From positions 5,024,001-5,088,000 of the forward strand of contig OZ220741.1 in NCBI GenBank assembly GCA_965116885.1: a stretch of 64,000 nt of DNA. The letters run 5' to 3'. Made by a program: the position numbers and the translations under genes. The DNA is from Candidatus Latescibacterota bacterium. Lineage in GTDB: Bacteria > Latescibacterota > UBA2968. Under the pieces are notes generated by a model. The model did not search any database. It was not told where the DNA came from and was given only the letters and a program-made list of their open reading frames with translations. How positions within the stretch are numbered: position 1 is the stretch's first letter; each line of letters begins with the position of its first letter. Positions 29,482 to 39,028 of this stretch are shown here, in pieces.

Positions 29482-30753
29482 ATGCTGGAGTTCTTCTATA
29501 ACTGGTTACTCAGCCTGGGTGTCGAATCAGAGATGGCTCAAAATTGGACCGCACCATTATTGGTGGGCCTGTGCATTCTGGCACTCAGTGTGATTGCCGA
29601 TTTTATCGTAAAGCGCATAGCTCTGCGAACGCTAAAGTACGTGATAGAAAAAACGACAACACCCTGGGACGATGCATTTGTAGAGCATCGGGTTCTGGAT
29701 CGGTTGGCGCATCTGGCCCCAGCAGTGGTCATCTACCTTTTGGCCGACTTGCCATTTGCGGGAATGACAGAAGCAGACCGGGATTATTGTGTCGCGATTG
29801 TTCGGGATGCCGTGCAGATTTTTGTCGTAATCATCAGCATCTGGGTGGTTGCGGCATTTCTCAATGCCGCGCTATCTGTTTATCAAACATTTGAGATCTC
29901 CCGCGAAGTCCCCGGCAGGGGTTTCGTGCAAGTCTTGAAAATAGTGACGTATTTTGTAGGCGGCATTTTGATTTTGTCAATTTTGTTAGATCGCAACCCC
30001 GTATATTTCCTGAGCGGGTTGGGTGCATTGATGGCTGTGCTTTTGCTGGTATTTAAAGATGCCATCCTGGGACTGGTCGCGGGCATACAACTGAGTGCGA
30101 ATAAAATGGTCGCCGTGGGCGATTGGATTGAGATGCCGAAATACGGCGCAGATGGAGATGTCATTGAAGTGGCATTAACCACCGTAAAGGTGCAAAATTG
30201 GGACAAAACAATCACCTCGATCCCTGCATATTCATTGATCAGCGAATCGTTTAAGAACTGGCGCGGCATGCAGGAATCGGGTGGCCGTCGGATCAAGCGA
30301 TCAATTTTAATCGATATTCAAACAATCAAATTTTGCGACGAAGAGATGTTGGCGCGATTTTCAAAAATCAAATACATCGCTGCCTATATCGAACACAAGA
30401 AAGACGAACTCGCAAAATTCAACCAGCAGCAAGAGGTAGATGAATCGAGCCTGGTAAATGGACGGCGCATGACCAATGTGGGCACGTTTCGGGCATACAT
30501 CGTCGCGTATTTGAAAAATCATCCCAAAGTCAACCAGGAGATGACATTTTTGGTGCGACAACTGCCGCCGCAAGAACACGGCTTACCGATAGAAATTTAC
30601 GTCTTCTGCAGCGATACAGTATGGGCGAATTACGAGGCGATTCAGGCAGATATTTTCGACCACATCCTATCCGTAGTGCCCGAGTTTGACCTCAGCGTAT
30701 TTCAGACGCCAACAGGGCATGATTTTAAGCATCTCGCTGAAAAAAAAGATTAA
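29482..30753 (+). CDS. Miniconductance mechanosensitive channel (YbdG/MscS family)
   Basis: FKDAILGLVAGIQL, GDWIEMPKYGADGDV, VKVQNWDKT, NWRGMQESGGRRIKRS, LVRQL. Confidence 0.92.
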   Translation: MLEFFYNWLLSLGVESEMAQNWTAPLLVGLCILALSVIADFIVKRIALRTLKYVIEKTTTPWDDAFVEHRVLDRLAHLAPAVVIYLLADLPFAGMTEADRDYCVAIVRDAVQIFVVIISIWVVAAFLNAALSVYQTFEISREVPGRGFVQVLKIVTYFVGGILILSILLDRNPVYFLSGLGALMAVLLLVFKDAILGLVAGIQLSANKMVAVGDWIEMPKYGADGDVIEVALTTVKVQNWDKTITSIPAYSLISESFKNWRGMQESGGRRIKRSILIDIQTIKFCDEEMLARFSKIKYIAAYIEHKKDELAKFNQQQEVDESSLVNGRRMTNVGTFRAYIVAYLKNHPKVNQEMTFLVRQLPPQEHGLPIEIYVFCSDTVWANYEAIQADIFDHILSVVPEFDLSVFQTPTGHDFKHLAEKKD

Positions 30754-30863
30754 TACCGCCACCGGGCCGAAGAGGCTGAAAACCCAATTCGCAAACATTA
30801 AATCACTGTTTTTTTTACATTCTGAACCCTGAACATCAGCAGAAAATTGACTTTATATTTTTT

Positions 30864-30897
30864 AAGCCCTGCTCAAGCAAGCAGGGCTTTTATTTTT
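30864..30897 (+). terminator. Intrinsic terminator
   Basis: AAGCCCTGCT-loop-AGCAGGGCTT followed by a T-rich tract. Confidence 0.75.
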
Positions 30898-30911
30898 CGG
30901 ATTCTATCCCA

Positions 30912-30975
30912 ATATCGCAAAAAAATGGAACCTGGGACAAATTTTGAACTTCAGGACAAACTTACGAGGTTGACA
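30912..30975 (+). promoter_or_regulatory. Operator-like motif copy A plus -35 element
   Basis: AAAATGGAACCTGGGACAAATTTTGAACTTCAGGACAAA, then 9 bp, then TTGACA; homologous copies at ~33485 and ~33979. Confidence 0.5.
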
Positions 30976-31107
30976 TCTAAGGGCAAATAGGGCCTATTTT
31001 TTAGAGCGATATATCGTCTAGAAGGACGCGGTAGTTCAAACCGTGTGCAGGACACGCATCCGTTGAGATTGCTCTCAACACAACCATTTTTCAAAGGAGT
31101 AGCAGCT

Positions 31108-31749
31108 ATGAAACACCTGCGTAGATCTATCGTTATAGGCATCATGACTCTGGCAGCTATGAACTTCCCCGCCTCCATTTTCGGTCAGACCACAATCGGC
31201 ATTCAGGGTGGCCTGAGCCGGGCGACAGTGGGCGGAAGTGATGCAGAAAATGCGGACGCGCGCATCGGCATCACGCTCGGTGCTTCTGCTACTATCCCAA
31301 TACAGGAGAAATTCAGCCTTCAGTTCGGTGGCAACTATGTGCAGAAGGGGGCCAAGACCGAGGAGGAGGGGCTTGAGGGAAAGATTAATGCAGATTACAT
31401 CGAGCTTTCGGGCCTGGGCGTCTTCAACCTCACACCCTCTGGAAGTCAGGCTTCAGTATATATGCTCGTTGGGCCATCAGTGGCATTCAATACCAAGTGT
31501 GAAGGCTCTGTCTCAGGCACCATTCTCTCAGAGAGCATCAACATATCATCGGACTGCGGCGAGGAGACCAAAAGTTTAGACTTGGGTATTACTGGAGGGA
31601 TCGGTACTGAGATGGCGATGTCCGAAGGGATGACATTCTCGATAGATCTTCTATACACCTTAGGGCTCCTGTCAGTTGACAAAGTTGGTGACGTTAAGAC
31701 CCGGGCCCTTATCCTTCGGGCTGGAGTCGGCTTTCCTATAGGAAAATAG
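31108..31749 (+). CDS. Small outer-membrane beta-barrel (porin/OmpA-TM-like) protein
   Basis: Signal peptide; alternating beta strands; YVQKG, DYIEL; AGGAG RBS; start adjusted to MKHLRR. Confidence 0.8.
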   Translation: MKHLRRSIVIGIMTLAAMNFPASIFGQTTIGIQGGLSRATVGGSDAENADARIGITLGASATIPIQEKFSLQFGGNYVQKGAKTEEEGLEGKINADYIELSGLGVFNLTPSGSQASVYMLVGPSVAFNTKCEGSVSGTILSESINISSDCGEETKSLDLGITGGIGTEMAMSEGMTFSIDLLYTLGLLSVDKVGDVKTRALILRAGVGFPIGK

Positions 31750-31766
31750 CGAGAGGCAAAAATTTA

Positions 31767-31810
31767 AAAAAGGCGATCCATTACGCAATGGGATTTGGGT
31801 CGCCTTTTTA
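31767..31810 (+). terminator. Intrinsic terminator
   Basis: AAAAAGGCGATCCA...TGGGTCGCCTTTTT. Confidence 0.7.
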
Positions 31811-32091
31811 TATATGTCAATCACTCAGGCTTGGCACAAGGAAACTTCAAATCGGACACTCTATTGATAAATTCTCGACCCGTAAAAATCATATACGATT
31901 TATAGAATTGTCAAATTTTTTGAAACTTTATACGGGACAAAGCGTGAGAAACGGAACAGAGGCAGATGGCAAAGTTGACTGACAAGCCCTATCTCACCTC
32001 TTCCACCATATCAGCAGCCTTATCGTTGTTTTCGTATCCATTCGGGAGGGAATTGCCACGATCAATAATGTGAACGGTCTTTTTTAAGCTG

Positions 32092-32121
32092 TTGACAAAC
32101 AAATATTTATGCAAATATATT
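32092..32121 (+). promoter_or_regulatory. Putative sigma70 promoter
   Basis: TTGACA-18 bp-TATATT. Confidence 0.4.
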
Positions 32122-32188
32122 GAGATTTGTAAGTCATTGAGACAAATTCTTACAAATCCAATTTGCAAAATTGTTCACACGGTTGGTC

Positions 32189-32347
32189 ATGGCACTTTCT
32201 TTCAAATTCTTTCCCTTCGCGCTCGGCTTCACCAGTCTGCTGAGCCGGATATCCTCGTTTTACCCCCGGTCGCTTTCCTCTCAGACCAGCAGCTATCCCC
32301 TTTCTCTGGATAGTTCTGAAAGCGATCGTGCAGTATCCTCTCTTGAT
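32189..32347 (+). pseudogene. Decayed 5' module paralogous to the giant surface protein start
   Basis: MALSFKFFPFALGFTSLLSRISSFYPRSLSSQTSS aligns with MKPPVKFLSFVLGITSLLSLIFLIYPRSLSPQTSS at 39029; homology includes the upstream CACACGGTT. Confidence 0.65.
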
Positions 32348-32717
32348 GTACCTCCCAATCACGTTGTTTTCCTTCAGATTTTCCGCATAGATATTCCAGG
32401 CATGTACCACATGGACTTGTCTCGTGATGACTCTACACGGGACAGGTCTATGCGGTATATCAGCGGTATTTCTGCGTGTATTGAATCCGATGTAACTCGG
32501 TGCATCGTGGCACAAAGTGCATATCGATTTTGCTATCGTCATTGCGAAGTAATCCACAGGTGAACCTACCTGGACTACTGACTCCGCAGGAGTGACGGCA
32601 ATCGATATGAAATACGCCATGATGTAACTCAGAGTGCTTGCAAAGGATCTGATGCAGGCAATGTCTTGCCCAATGCCCGGTCCCTTTCACAGCAAAATTC
32701 AACAATGCGGGGAATAT

Positions 32718-33446
32718 ATGGACAAGCAGAAAATTCTGATTGTAGATCATGAGCCACATGTAATCTCAGCACTTGAAAGATTCCTGAGAAACAAATCGTA
32801 TGAAATATTCACTGCGGAAAATGGGCACAAAAGCCTTGAAATTTTGCACAAGGAGAAAATTGACCTCGCCGTGGTTGAAGCACAGGTAGAGGATATGGAT
32901 GGGATAACACTGCTGACGCATGTGCAGGCAGAGAAAATTCGGACAGCTATACTGATCATGACGAGTTTGGGATCCGCAGAATTGGGCGAGCAACTGATCA
33001 AGGCCGGTGCCGTGAGTGTACTTGATAAACCCATAGCGAGAGATAAATTTTTGACCAAAGTAAAAAGATATATGCCATCACAGTATATGTGGAAAGACCG
33101 GTTGGAATCATTTTTGGAAGATAATTACAGCAACCCAGACCTGAAATTTGAAGACGTCACGCACTATTTCAAATTTTCTAAGACCTATGGATATGAATTG
33201 TTCAAAAAATATTTTGGCGAATCATTCAGGATGTGCCTGCGGAATGTGCGCCTGACAAAGGCTGAAGAAGCATTGAACCACACATCCGATTCCATTTCAG
33301 AAATTGCTTATCGGTGTGGTTTTACGTCCTTATCGACTTTTAGCAAGGTTTTCAAAGCGACGTATGGGGATAATCCAACCACATATCGGAAATTCCATTT
33401 CAGAAATTGCTTATCGGTGTGGTTTTACGTCCTTATCGACTTTTAA
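32718..33446 (+). CDS. Response regulator-like protein: atypical receiver + AraC HTH
   Basis: KILIVDHE...DMDG...IMTS...DKP receiver; YSNPDL, RLTKAEEAL, ISEIAYRCGF..TFSKVFK..YG..PTTYR AraC. C-terminal tail altered by an internal duplication. Confidence 0.88.
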   Translation: MDKQKILIVDHEPHVISALERFLRNKSYEIFTAENGHKSLEILHKEKIDLAVVEAQVEDMDGITLLTHVQAEKIRTAILIMTSLGSAELGEQLIKAGAVSVLDKPIARDKFLTKVKRYMPSQYMWKDRLESFLEDNYSNPDLKFEDVTHYFKFSKTYGYELFKKYFGESFRMCLRNVRLTKAEEALNHTSDSISEIAYRCGFTSLSTFSKVFKATYGDNPTTYRKFHFRNCLSVWFYVLIDF

Positions 33447-33458
33447 CAAGGTTTTCAA
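33289..33458 (+). repeat. 67-bp direct duplication at the regulator 3' end
   Basis: 33289-33355 vs 33392-33458, one mismatch, 103-bp offset. Confidence 0.9.
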
Positions 33459-33588
33459 TGGAAATAATCCGATCACATAAGAAAAAAATGGAAACTGGAA
33501 CAAATTTTGAACATTAGGACAAATCTTACAACTTGATTCTCTCTAATTTGGAGCAATATATTTTCTATAATGCGAAATCTGCTCAAAC

Positions 33589-34012
33589 GGCTGGTGCCGT
33601 GAGTGTGTTTGATAAACCAATAGAGAGAGACCAATTCTTGGCCAGAGTTAAAAGATATATGCTTTCACAAGATATGTGGAAGAACCGATTGGAATCATTT
33701 CTGGAAGACAATTACACCAATCCAGACCTGAAATTTGAAGATGTCCTGCACTATTTCCAGTTTTCTAAGACCTATGGATATGAATTGTTCAAAAAACATT
33801 TGGGCGAATCATTCAGGATGTGCCTGCGGAATGTGCGCCTGACAAAGGCTGAAGAAGCGTTGAAGCACACATCGGAATCCATTTCAGAAATTGCCTATCA
33901 GTGTGGCTTTGCGTACTTATCGACGTTTAGCAGGGTTTTCAAAGCGAAATATGGGGAAAATCCAACGACATATCGCAGAAAATGGAAACTGGAACAAATT
34001 TCGAAACAGTAG
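33589..34012 (+). pseudogene. 5'-truncated paralog of the AraC regulator (AraC domain intact, receiver missing)
   Basis: Homology to 33002-33390 begins abruptly at AGAVSV; the upstream part of the called ORF is promoter-like sequence. Confidence 0.7.
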
Positions 34013-34039
34013 GACAAATTCGCGGGAAGGAGGAGCAAG

Positions 34040-34483
34040 ATGAAAAAATTACTTATCTCAGCAATAGCTGTGGTATTCCTATCGGGTTGCATGATGACCC
34101 CGCAGCATCGACGGGCTGTCCGGGATGATTCCGGTGATCTGATGACCGTCGGAAAGGTTCAAAAGGAAATAAGAGTCGGTATGAGCGGTGCCGAAGTCGC
34201 CCAGGTTCTCGGATCGCCAAATATCGTTTCAACAGATGAAGAACGGCGTGAAGTGTGGATATATGACAAAATCTCGACGGAAACAGCATACTCGACCAGT
34301 GAAGGCGGTATTGCTTCTCTCATCCTTATAAACAGCATAGCCGATGTGTTTCTTGGGGGAGGTGGCGGAGCGTCAGGTACATCCGGGGCCAGTTCAACAT
34401 CTCAGAGAACCCTCACTGTCATAATAAAATTTGATGAAGATAAAAAGGTGAGAGACTTCGCGTATCACGCATCGCGGTTCTGA
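34040..34483 (+). CDS. Lipoprotein with SmpA/OmlA (BamE-like) domain
   Basis: Lipobox LSGC; IRVGMSGAEVAQVLGSP...VWIY...LTVIIKFDE..VRD. Confidence 0.75.
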   Translation: MKKLLISAIAVVFLSGCMMTPQHRRAVRDDSGDLMTVGKVQKEIRVGMSGAEVAQVLGSPNIVSTDEERREVWIYDKISTETAYSTSEGGIASLILINSIADVFLGGGGGASGTSGASSTSQRTLTVIIKFDEDKKVRDFAYHASRF

Positions 34484-34544
34484 GGCAAATACATCAGTTA
34501 TAGAAGTGGAAGTTGTGAACCGACTTCAAGGGAGGTCACAGGTG

Positions 34545-35099
34545 ATGTATAAAAAGAACCCTCTATTACTACTACTTGCCATAGTGGTAATAGTTTTGAC
34601 GAGTTGCGCGAGTATTCCCAAAGATGCCTTTAAGCTAACACCAGAATTATTGCAAAAAAGGGAATTAAAAACGAGAAAATACGAAGGCATTTCAGAAGTT
34701 GATATTCTATCGGCATCTGCTGGCGTGCTTCAAGATTTGGGATTCAATCTTGATGAGAGTGAAACAAAACTCGGACTTATCGTTGGCTCAAAGGAAAGAG
34801 ATGCGACAGAAATAGGGCAGGAGGTCTGGTGGTGGACTAAGGCGTTGCTTACTTACGGGTACACATGGCTTTTGGGTGATGAGACTGATGACTATCAAAA
34901 GTTCAAGGCATCTGTTGTCATACGTCCAATATCAAAAGATAACGATAAAACACACTATGTCAGTGTGACATTCCAGCGAATTGTCTGGGATACTGCTGAC
35001 AAAATTTCGAAACAAGAGACCCTGGACGCGCCTGAAATATATCGAGAATTCTTTGATCGGCTCTCAAAATCAGTCTTTCTGGAAGGGGAAAAAATATGA
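34545..35099 (+). CDS. Hypothetical lipoprotein
   Basis: Lipobox LTSC; TRKYE...VLQDLGFNLDESETKLGLIVGSK; start adjusted to MYKKN. Confidence 0.75.
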   Translation: MYKKNPLLLLLAIVVIVLTSCASIPKDAFKLTPELLQKRELKTRKYEGISEVDILSASAGVLQDLGFNLDESETKLGLIVGSKERDATEIGQEVWWWTKALLTYGYTWLLGDETDDYQKFKASVVIRPISKDNDKTHYVSVTFQRIVWDTADKISKQETLDAPEIYREFFDRLSKSVFLEGEKI

Positions 35100-35518
35100 A
35101 ACTCTCCAGAATATTAACGGCCGCAATTGTCATATTAATTGGGTTGTCTGGATGTGGAACATCAAAAAATCATTTGCTAAAAATAGATGAAAGCCAGGTC
35201 CAGTTACGAAGCATACAAACCCGTGCATTCGACACCACAGAAAAGAATAAGATGCTCAGAACTGTAATAACCACACTTCAAGATTTCGACTACGTCCTGG
35301 ATAAAGCAGACGCAACGCTCGGAATGATTAGTGCCACAAAACTCGACGAACATCAATACCGAATAACGGTTACTGTTCGCCCCAGGGGCGAGACCCAATT
35401 GTTGGTACGCGCAAACGTACAATACAAGCAAAAAGCTGTTAAGGACCCAATAGTATATCAAAATTTCTTCACATCTCTGGCAAAATCGATATTTCTAACT
35501 GCTCACGAGGTTGATTAA
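35096..35518 (+). CDS. Hypothetical lipoprotein, paralog of the preceding gene
   Basis: Lipobox LSGC; TRAFD...TLQDFDYVLDKADATLGMISATK; ATGA overlap with the previous gene. Confidence 0.75.
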   Translation: MKLSRILTAAIVILIGLSGCGTSKNHLLKIDESQVQLRSIQTRAFDTTEKNKMLRTVITTLQDFDYVLDKADATLGMISATKLDEHQYRITVTVRPRGETQLLVRANVQYKQKAVKDPIVYQNFFTSLAKSIFLTAHEVD

Positions 35519-35638
35519 ACGACCAAATCCCTCATCCTCATGCTCGCTTTTTCCTCAGACCTATAGCCTACCCTTTCTCTGCATAGTTCTACAGGCAACC
35601 AAACCGTATCCCCTTTCGATAGTGATTAAGACAAACCC

Positions 35639-38600
35639 ATGAAAAAATTCATTCTTTATTCCACCTTTTTTACTCTCGTCCTCTTGCTATTCGTGCAGGA
35701 CAGCCGCGCCCAAAACACCCTTGAGGGGCATACCAATGCTATCGAATCTGTGGCATTTTCACACGATGGCACGATGCTGGCTTCCGGATCAAGAGATGGT
35801 ACGGTTGTGCTGTGGAACGCGACAACCAGACAAAATACCGACACCTTTGAAGGACATACGGATGTGGTCAGTGCTGTGGCGTATGCCCCAGATGGAACAC
35901 TCCTCGCTTCTGGATCATCAGTAGATGGCACAGTCAAGTTGTGGAACGTACAGGCGGGCACAAATATCGCCATCCTTGAGGATCAGACAGATGTGGTCAG
36001 TTCTGTAGCATTTACCTCAGATGGAATATTGCTCGCTTCCGGGGCCGTGAATGGCACCATCCTGCTGTGGGATGTGGCAACGAATACCGCCGCCACCCTT
36101 GCGGGACACAGGGCTGCCATCAGTTCTATGGCATTTTCGCAAGATGGAACGCTACTCGCTTCCGGGTCAGCGAATGGCACAACCCTCCTGTGGGATGTGG
36201 TGACGGGCACAAATATCGCCACCTTTGAAGAGCATACGGATGATGTCTCGTCTGTAGCGTTCTCACAAGATGGAACGCTACTCGCTTCCGGATCTGATGA
36301 TAACACAGTCAAACTGTGGGACGTACAGGCAGGCACAAATATCACCACCCTTGAAGAACATACGGATGCCGTCAGTTCTGTAGCGTTTTCGCAAGATGGA
36401 ACAGTACTATCATCTGGATCAGTGGATGGCATGGTTATACTGTGGAACGTGGCAAAAAGAGAACAAATCATCTCTCTTGAAGGAGATAAAAATGCGATCA
36501 GTTCTGTAGCATTTTCACCCAATGGGACGCTACTCGCTTCCGGGGCCATGAATGGCAGAATTTTGCTTTGGAACGTATCCGAATGGACGCAGCCTCGCCC
36601 TGACATACTGAGAAAAATCTCCGGCGACAACCAGCAAGGCACACCCGGAGCAATGTTGGCGAATCCCCTGATCGTCGAAATACGAGATCAGAACGATAAT
36701 CCCTTACCAGATGTGCAAGTCACGTTCCGAGTGACCGCTGGCGCGGGAAAACTCAGCGGACGATTCACGATTGAATACGCAACAACCGACGCAGATGGCC
36801 GCGCAGAGGCTACGCTTACCCCCGGTCCCAATCCGGGAACAAACACCGTTGAAGTATCTGTCGCCGGGCATGATCCGGTAACATTTCATGCAATAAGCAT
36901 TGGAACGCCTGCTGTGCCGAGCCTGGACGGTGATTATCCAACATGGCATGTACCCAACGGTGCAATCGCACGCCTGGGCAAAGGACCTATTGGTACAGGA
37001 GACAAAGCGGTCGCATTCTCGCCGAACGGTCAAAGTCTCGCTGTGGCAAGTGGCATTGGCGTATGGCTTTACGATGTGGCGACCTCCCGTGAACTCATGC
37101 TATTACCCTCTGCAAGCGCAGTCAATTCTGTGGCGTTTTCAAGAAATGGGATACAACTGGCCTCCGGATCAGTAGATGGCACGGTTGCACTGTGGGATAT
37201 TGCGACGGGACAAAATACCAACACCTTTGAGGCGCGCAGAGGCAAGATCTCTCCCATAGCATTTTCACAAAAAGAGACGCTAACAGCACCCAGATCAGTC
37301 GAATCGGTGGCATTTTCCCCCGATGGAAAGTTGATAGCTTCTGGACGAAAAGACGGTACGATTGTGTTGTTGGATATTGCGAATGGGAACACCACCACCA
37401 TTGAAGGACATACAGATTGGGTCAGTTCTGTGGCGTTTTCCAGTCAGGGGGTACTGGCTTCCGGGTCTTTGGATAGAACGATCAAACTGTGGGATGTGCA
37501 GACAGGTACAAGGACCGCCATCTTTGAAGCGCGCAGCGGCAATGTCTTTTCCGTAGCATTTTCCCCCGATGGGACAAAACTCGCTTCCGGATTGGGGGAT
37601 GGCACAGTCGTGCTGTGGGACATTGGGACAGAAAATGCCACCACGCTTGAAGGACATACAGATGATGTCAATTCCGTGTCCTTTTCGCCCGATGGAACAA
37701 CACTATCTTCTGGATCTGATGATAAGACGATCAGGCTGTGGGACATTGCGACGCACACAAATATCGCCACCTTTGAAAAACATACAGATCATGTCAATTC
37801 TGTATCTCTATCTCTGGATGAGGATGAGAGACTGCTACTCGCTTCCGGATCTCTGGATGGCACGGTTGTGCTATGGGATGTGGCGACAGAAAACGCCACC
37901 ACACTTGAAGGGCATACGCGGGCGGTCCGTTCTGTCGCGTTCTCCCCCGATGAGGATAAAACGCTACTCGCTTCCGGATCTCTGGACGGCACAATTCTAC
38001 TGTGGGACGCAGCGAGAAGAGAGCAAATTACCAGGCTTGACGAACACTCAAGAGATGTCTTTTCTGTGTCGTTTTCGCCAGATGGAAGGCTGATAGCTTC
38101 CGGGTCTCTGGATGGCACAATTCTACTGTGGGACATTGCGGCTGGAAACACCTCCACACTTGATGGACAGGCGGTCAGTTCTATCGCGTTCTCTCCCAAT
38201 GAGGATAAAACGCTACTGGCTTTCGGGTCTCTGGATGGCACAATTCTCCTGCGGGACGTAGCGACTGGAAACACCTCCACACTTGATGGACAGGCGGTCA
38301 GTTCCATAGCATTTTCACCCGATGGGACAATACTCGCTTCTGGATCAATAGATGGCACAATCCTGCTGTGGGATGTAGCCACGCGCACAAAAACCACCAC
38401 GCTTGAAGGGCATACGCAGGTGGTCAGTTCTATGGCATTTGCACAGAAGGAGGATGGGGAGCTACTACTCGCTTCCGGATCAATAGATGGCACGATCCTG
38501 CTGTGGGACGTAACCACGCGCACAAAAACCGCCACGCTTAAAGGACATACAGAGGTGGTCAGTTCTGTATCCTTTTCACCCGATGGAACAATACTTGCTT

Positions 38601-38965
38601 CCGGATCTCTGGATGACACGATCCTCCTGTGGGACATTGCGACGAAAAACGCTACCCTTCTTGAAGGGCATACGAACAACGTCTTTTCCGTGTCGTTTTC
38701 CCCAGATGGAATGCTGTTATCTTCCGGATCAGAGGATGGCACAATTCTCTTGTGGGATATGTCACCGTATATCACACCTCAAACGCCCAATCCCGACTTT
38801 GACGGCGATGGAACGGTTGGCTTTGCCGACTTTTTGCTGTTCGTAGCCCTATTTGGATTAAGCCAGGACGATGAGGCATATCAAGCGCGGTATGATCTGG
38901 ATCGGGATGGCACCATTGGGTTTGGTGATTTTTTGATCTTTGCCAATGCCTTCTCCTCGAATTAA
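35639..38965 (+). CDS. Secreted WD40-repeat protein with Big_1-like Ig domain and C-terminal EF-hand/dockerin-like tag
   Basis: About 20 GHT..V.SVAFSPDG..LASGS.DGT..LWD repeats; SGDNQQG...TDADGRA Ig domain; DFDGDGTVGFADF...DLDRDGTIGFGDF. Confidence 0.92.
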   Translation: MKKFILYSTFFTLVLLLFVQDSRAQNTLEGHTNAIESVAFSHDGTMLASGSRDGTVVLWNATTRQNTDTFEGHTDVVSAVAYAPDGTLLASGSSVDGTVKLWNVQAGTNIAILEDQTDVVSSVAFTSDGILLASGAVNGTILLWDVATNTAATLAGHRAAISSMAFSQDGTLLASGSANGTTLLWDVVTGTNIATFEEHTDDVSSVAFSQDGTLLASGSDDNTVKLWDVQAGTNITTLEEHTDAVSSVAFSQDGTVLSSGSVDGMVILWNVAKREQIISLEGDKNAISSVAFSPNGTLLASGAMNGRILLWNVSEWTQPRPDILRKISGDNQQGTPGAMLANPLIVEIRDQNDNPLPDVQVTFRVTAGAGKLSGRFTIEYATTDADGRAEATLTPGPNPGTNTVEVSVAGHDPVTFHAISIGTPAVPSLDGDYPTWHVPNGAIARLGKGPIGTGDKAVAFSPNGQSLAVASGIGVWLYDVATSRELMLLPSASAVNSVAFSRNGIQLASGSVDGTVALWDIATGQNTNTFEARRGKISPIAFSQKETLTAPRSVESVAFSPDGKLIASGRKDGTIVLLDIANGNTTTIEGHTDWVSSVAFSSQGVLASGSLDRTIKLWDVQTGTRTAIFEARSGNVFSVAFSPDGTKLASGLGDGTVVLWDIGTENATTLEGHTDDVNSVSFSPDGTTLSSGSDDKTIRLWDIATHTNIATFEKHTDHVNSVSLSLDEDERLLLASGSLDGTVVLWDVATENATTLEGHTRAVRSVAFSPDEDKTLLASGSLDGTILLWDAARREQITRLDEHSRDVFSVSFSPDGRLIASGSLDGTILLWDIAAGNTSTLDGQAVSSIAFSPNEDKTLLAFGSLDGTILLRDVATGNTSTLDGQAVSSIAFSPDGTILASGSIDGTILLWDVATRTKTTTLEGHTQVVSSMAFAQKEDGELLLASGSIDGTILLWDVTTRTKTATLKGHTEVVSSVSFSPDGTILASGSLDDTILLWDIATKNATLLEGHTNNVFSVSFSPDGMLLSSGSEDGTILLWDMSPYITPQTPNPDFDGDGTVGFADFLLFVALFGLSQDDEAYQARYDLDRDGTIGFGDFLIFANAFSSN

Positions 38966-39028
38966 CTACTGCTCTGATCGCGGACCAATTGTTAGCCCTG
39001 AGTGGCAAAACTATCCACACGGTTAATC

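Noticed and set aside
32150..32620. 156-aa minus ORF with CTLCH (heme-binding-like) motif
   Set aside because: No signal peptide, overlaps the plus-strand relic, and a single CxxCH can arise by chance; partial coding origin not excluded.
35656..38775. Long repetitive minus-strand ORFs (219 aa, 328 aa etc.)
   Set aside because: Antisense mirrors of the WD40 repeats.
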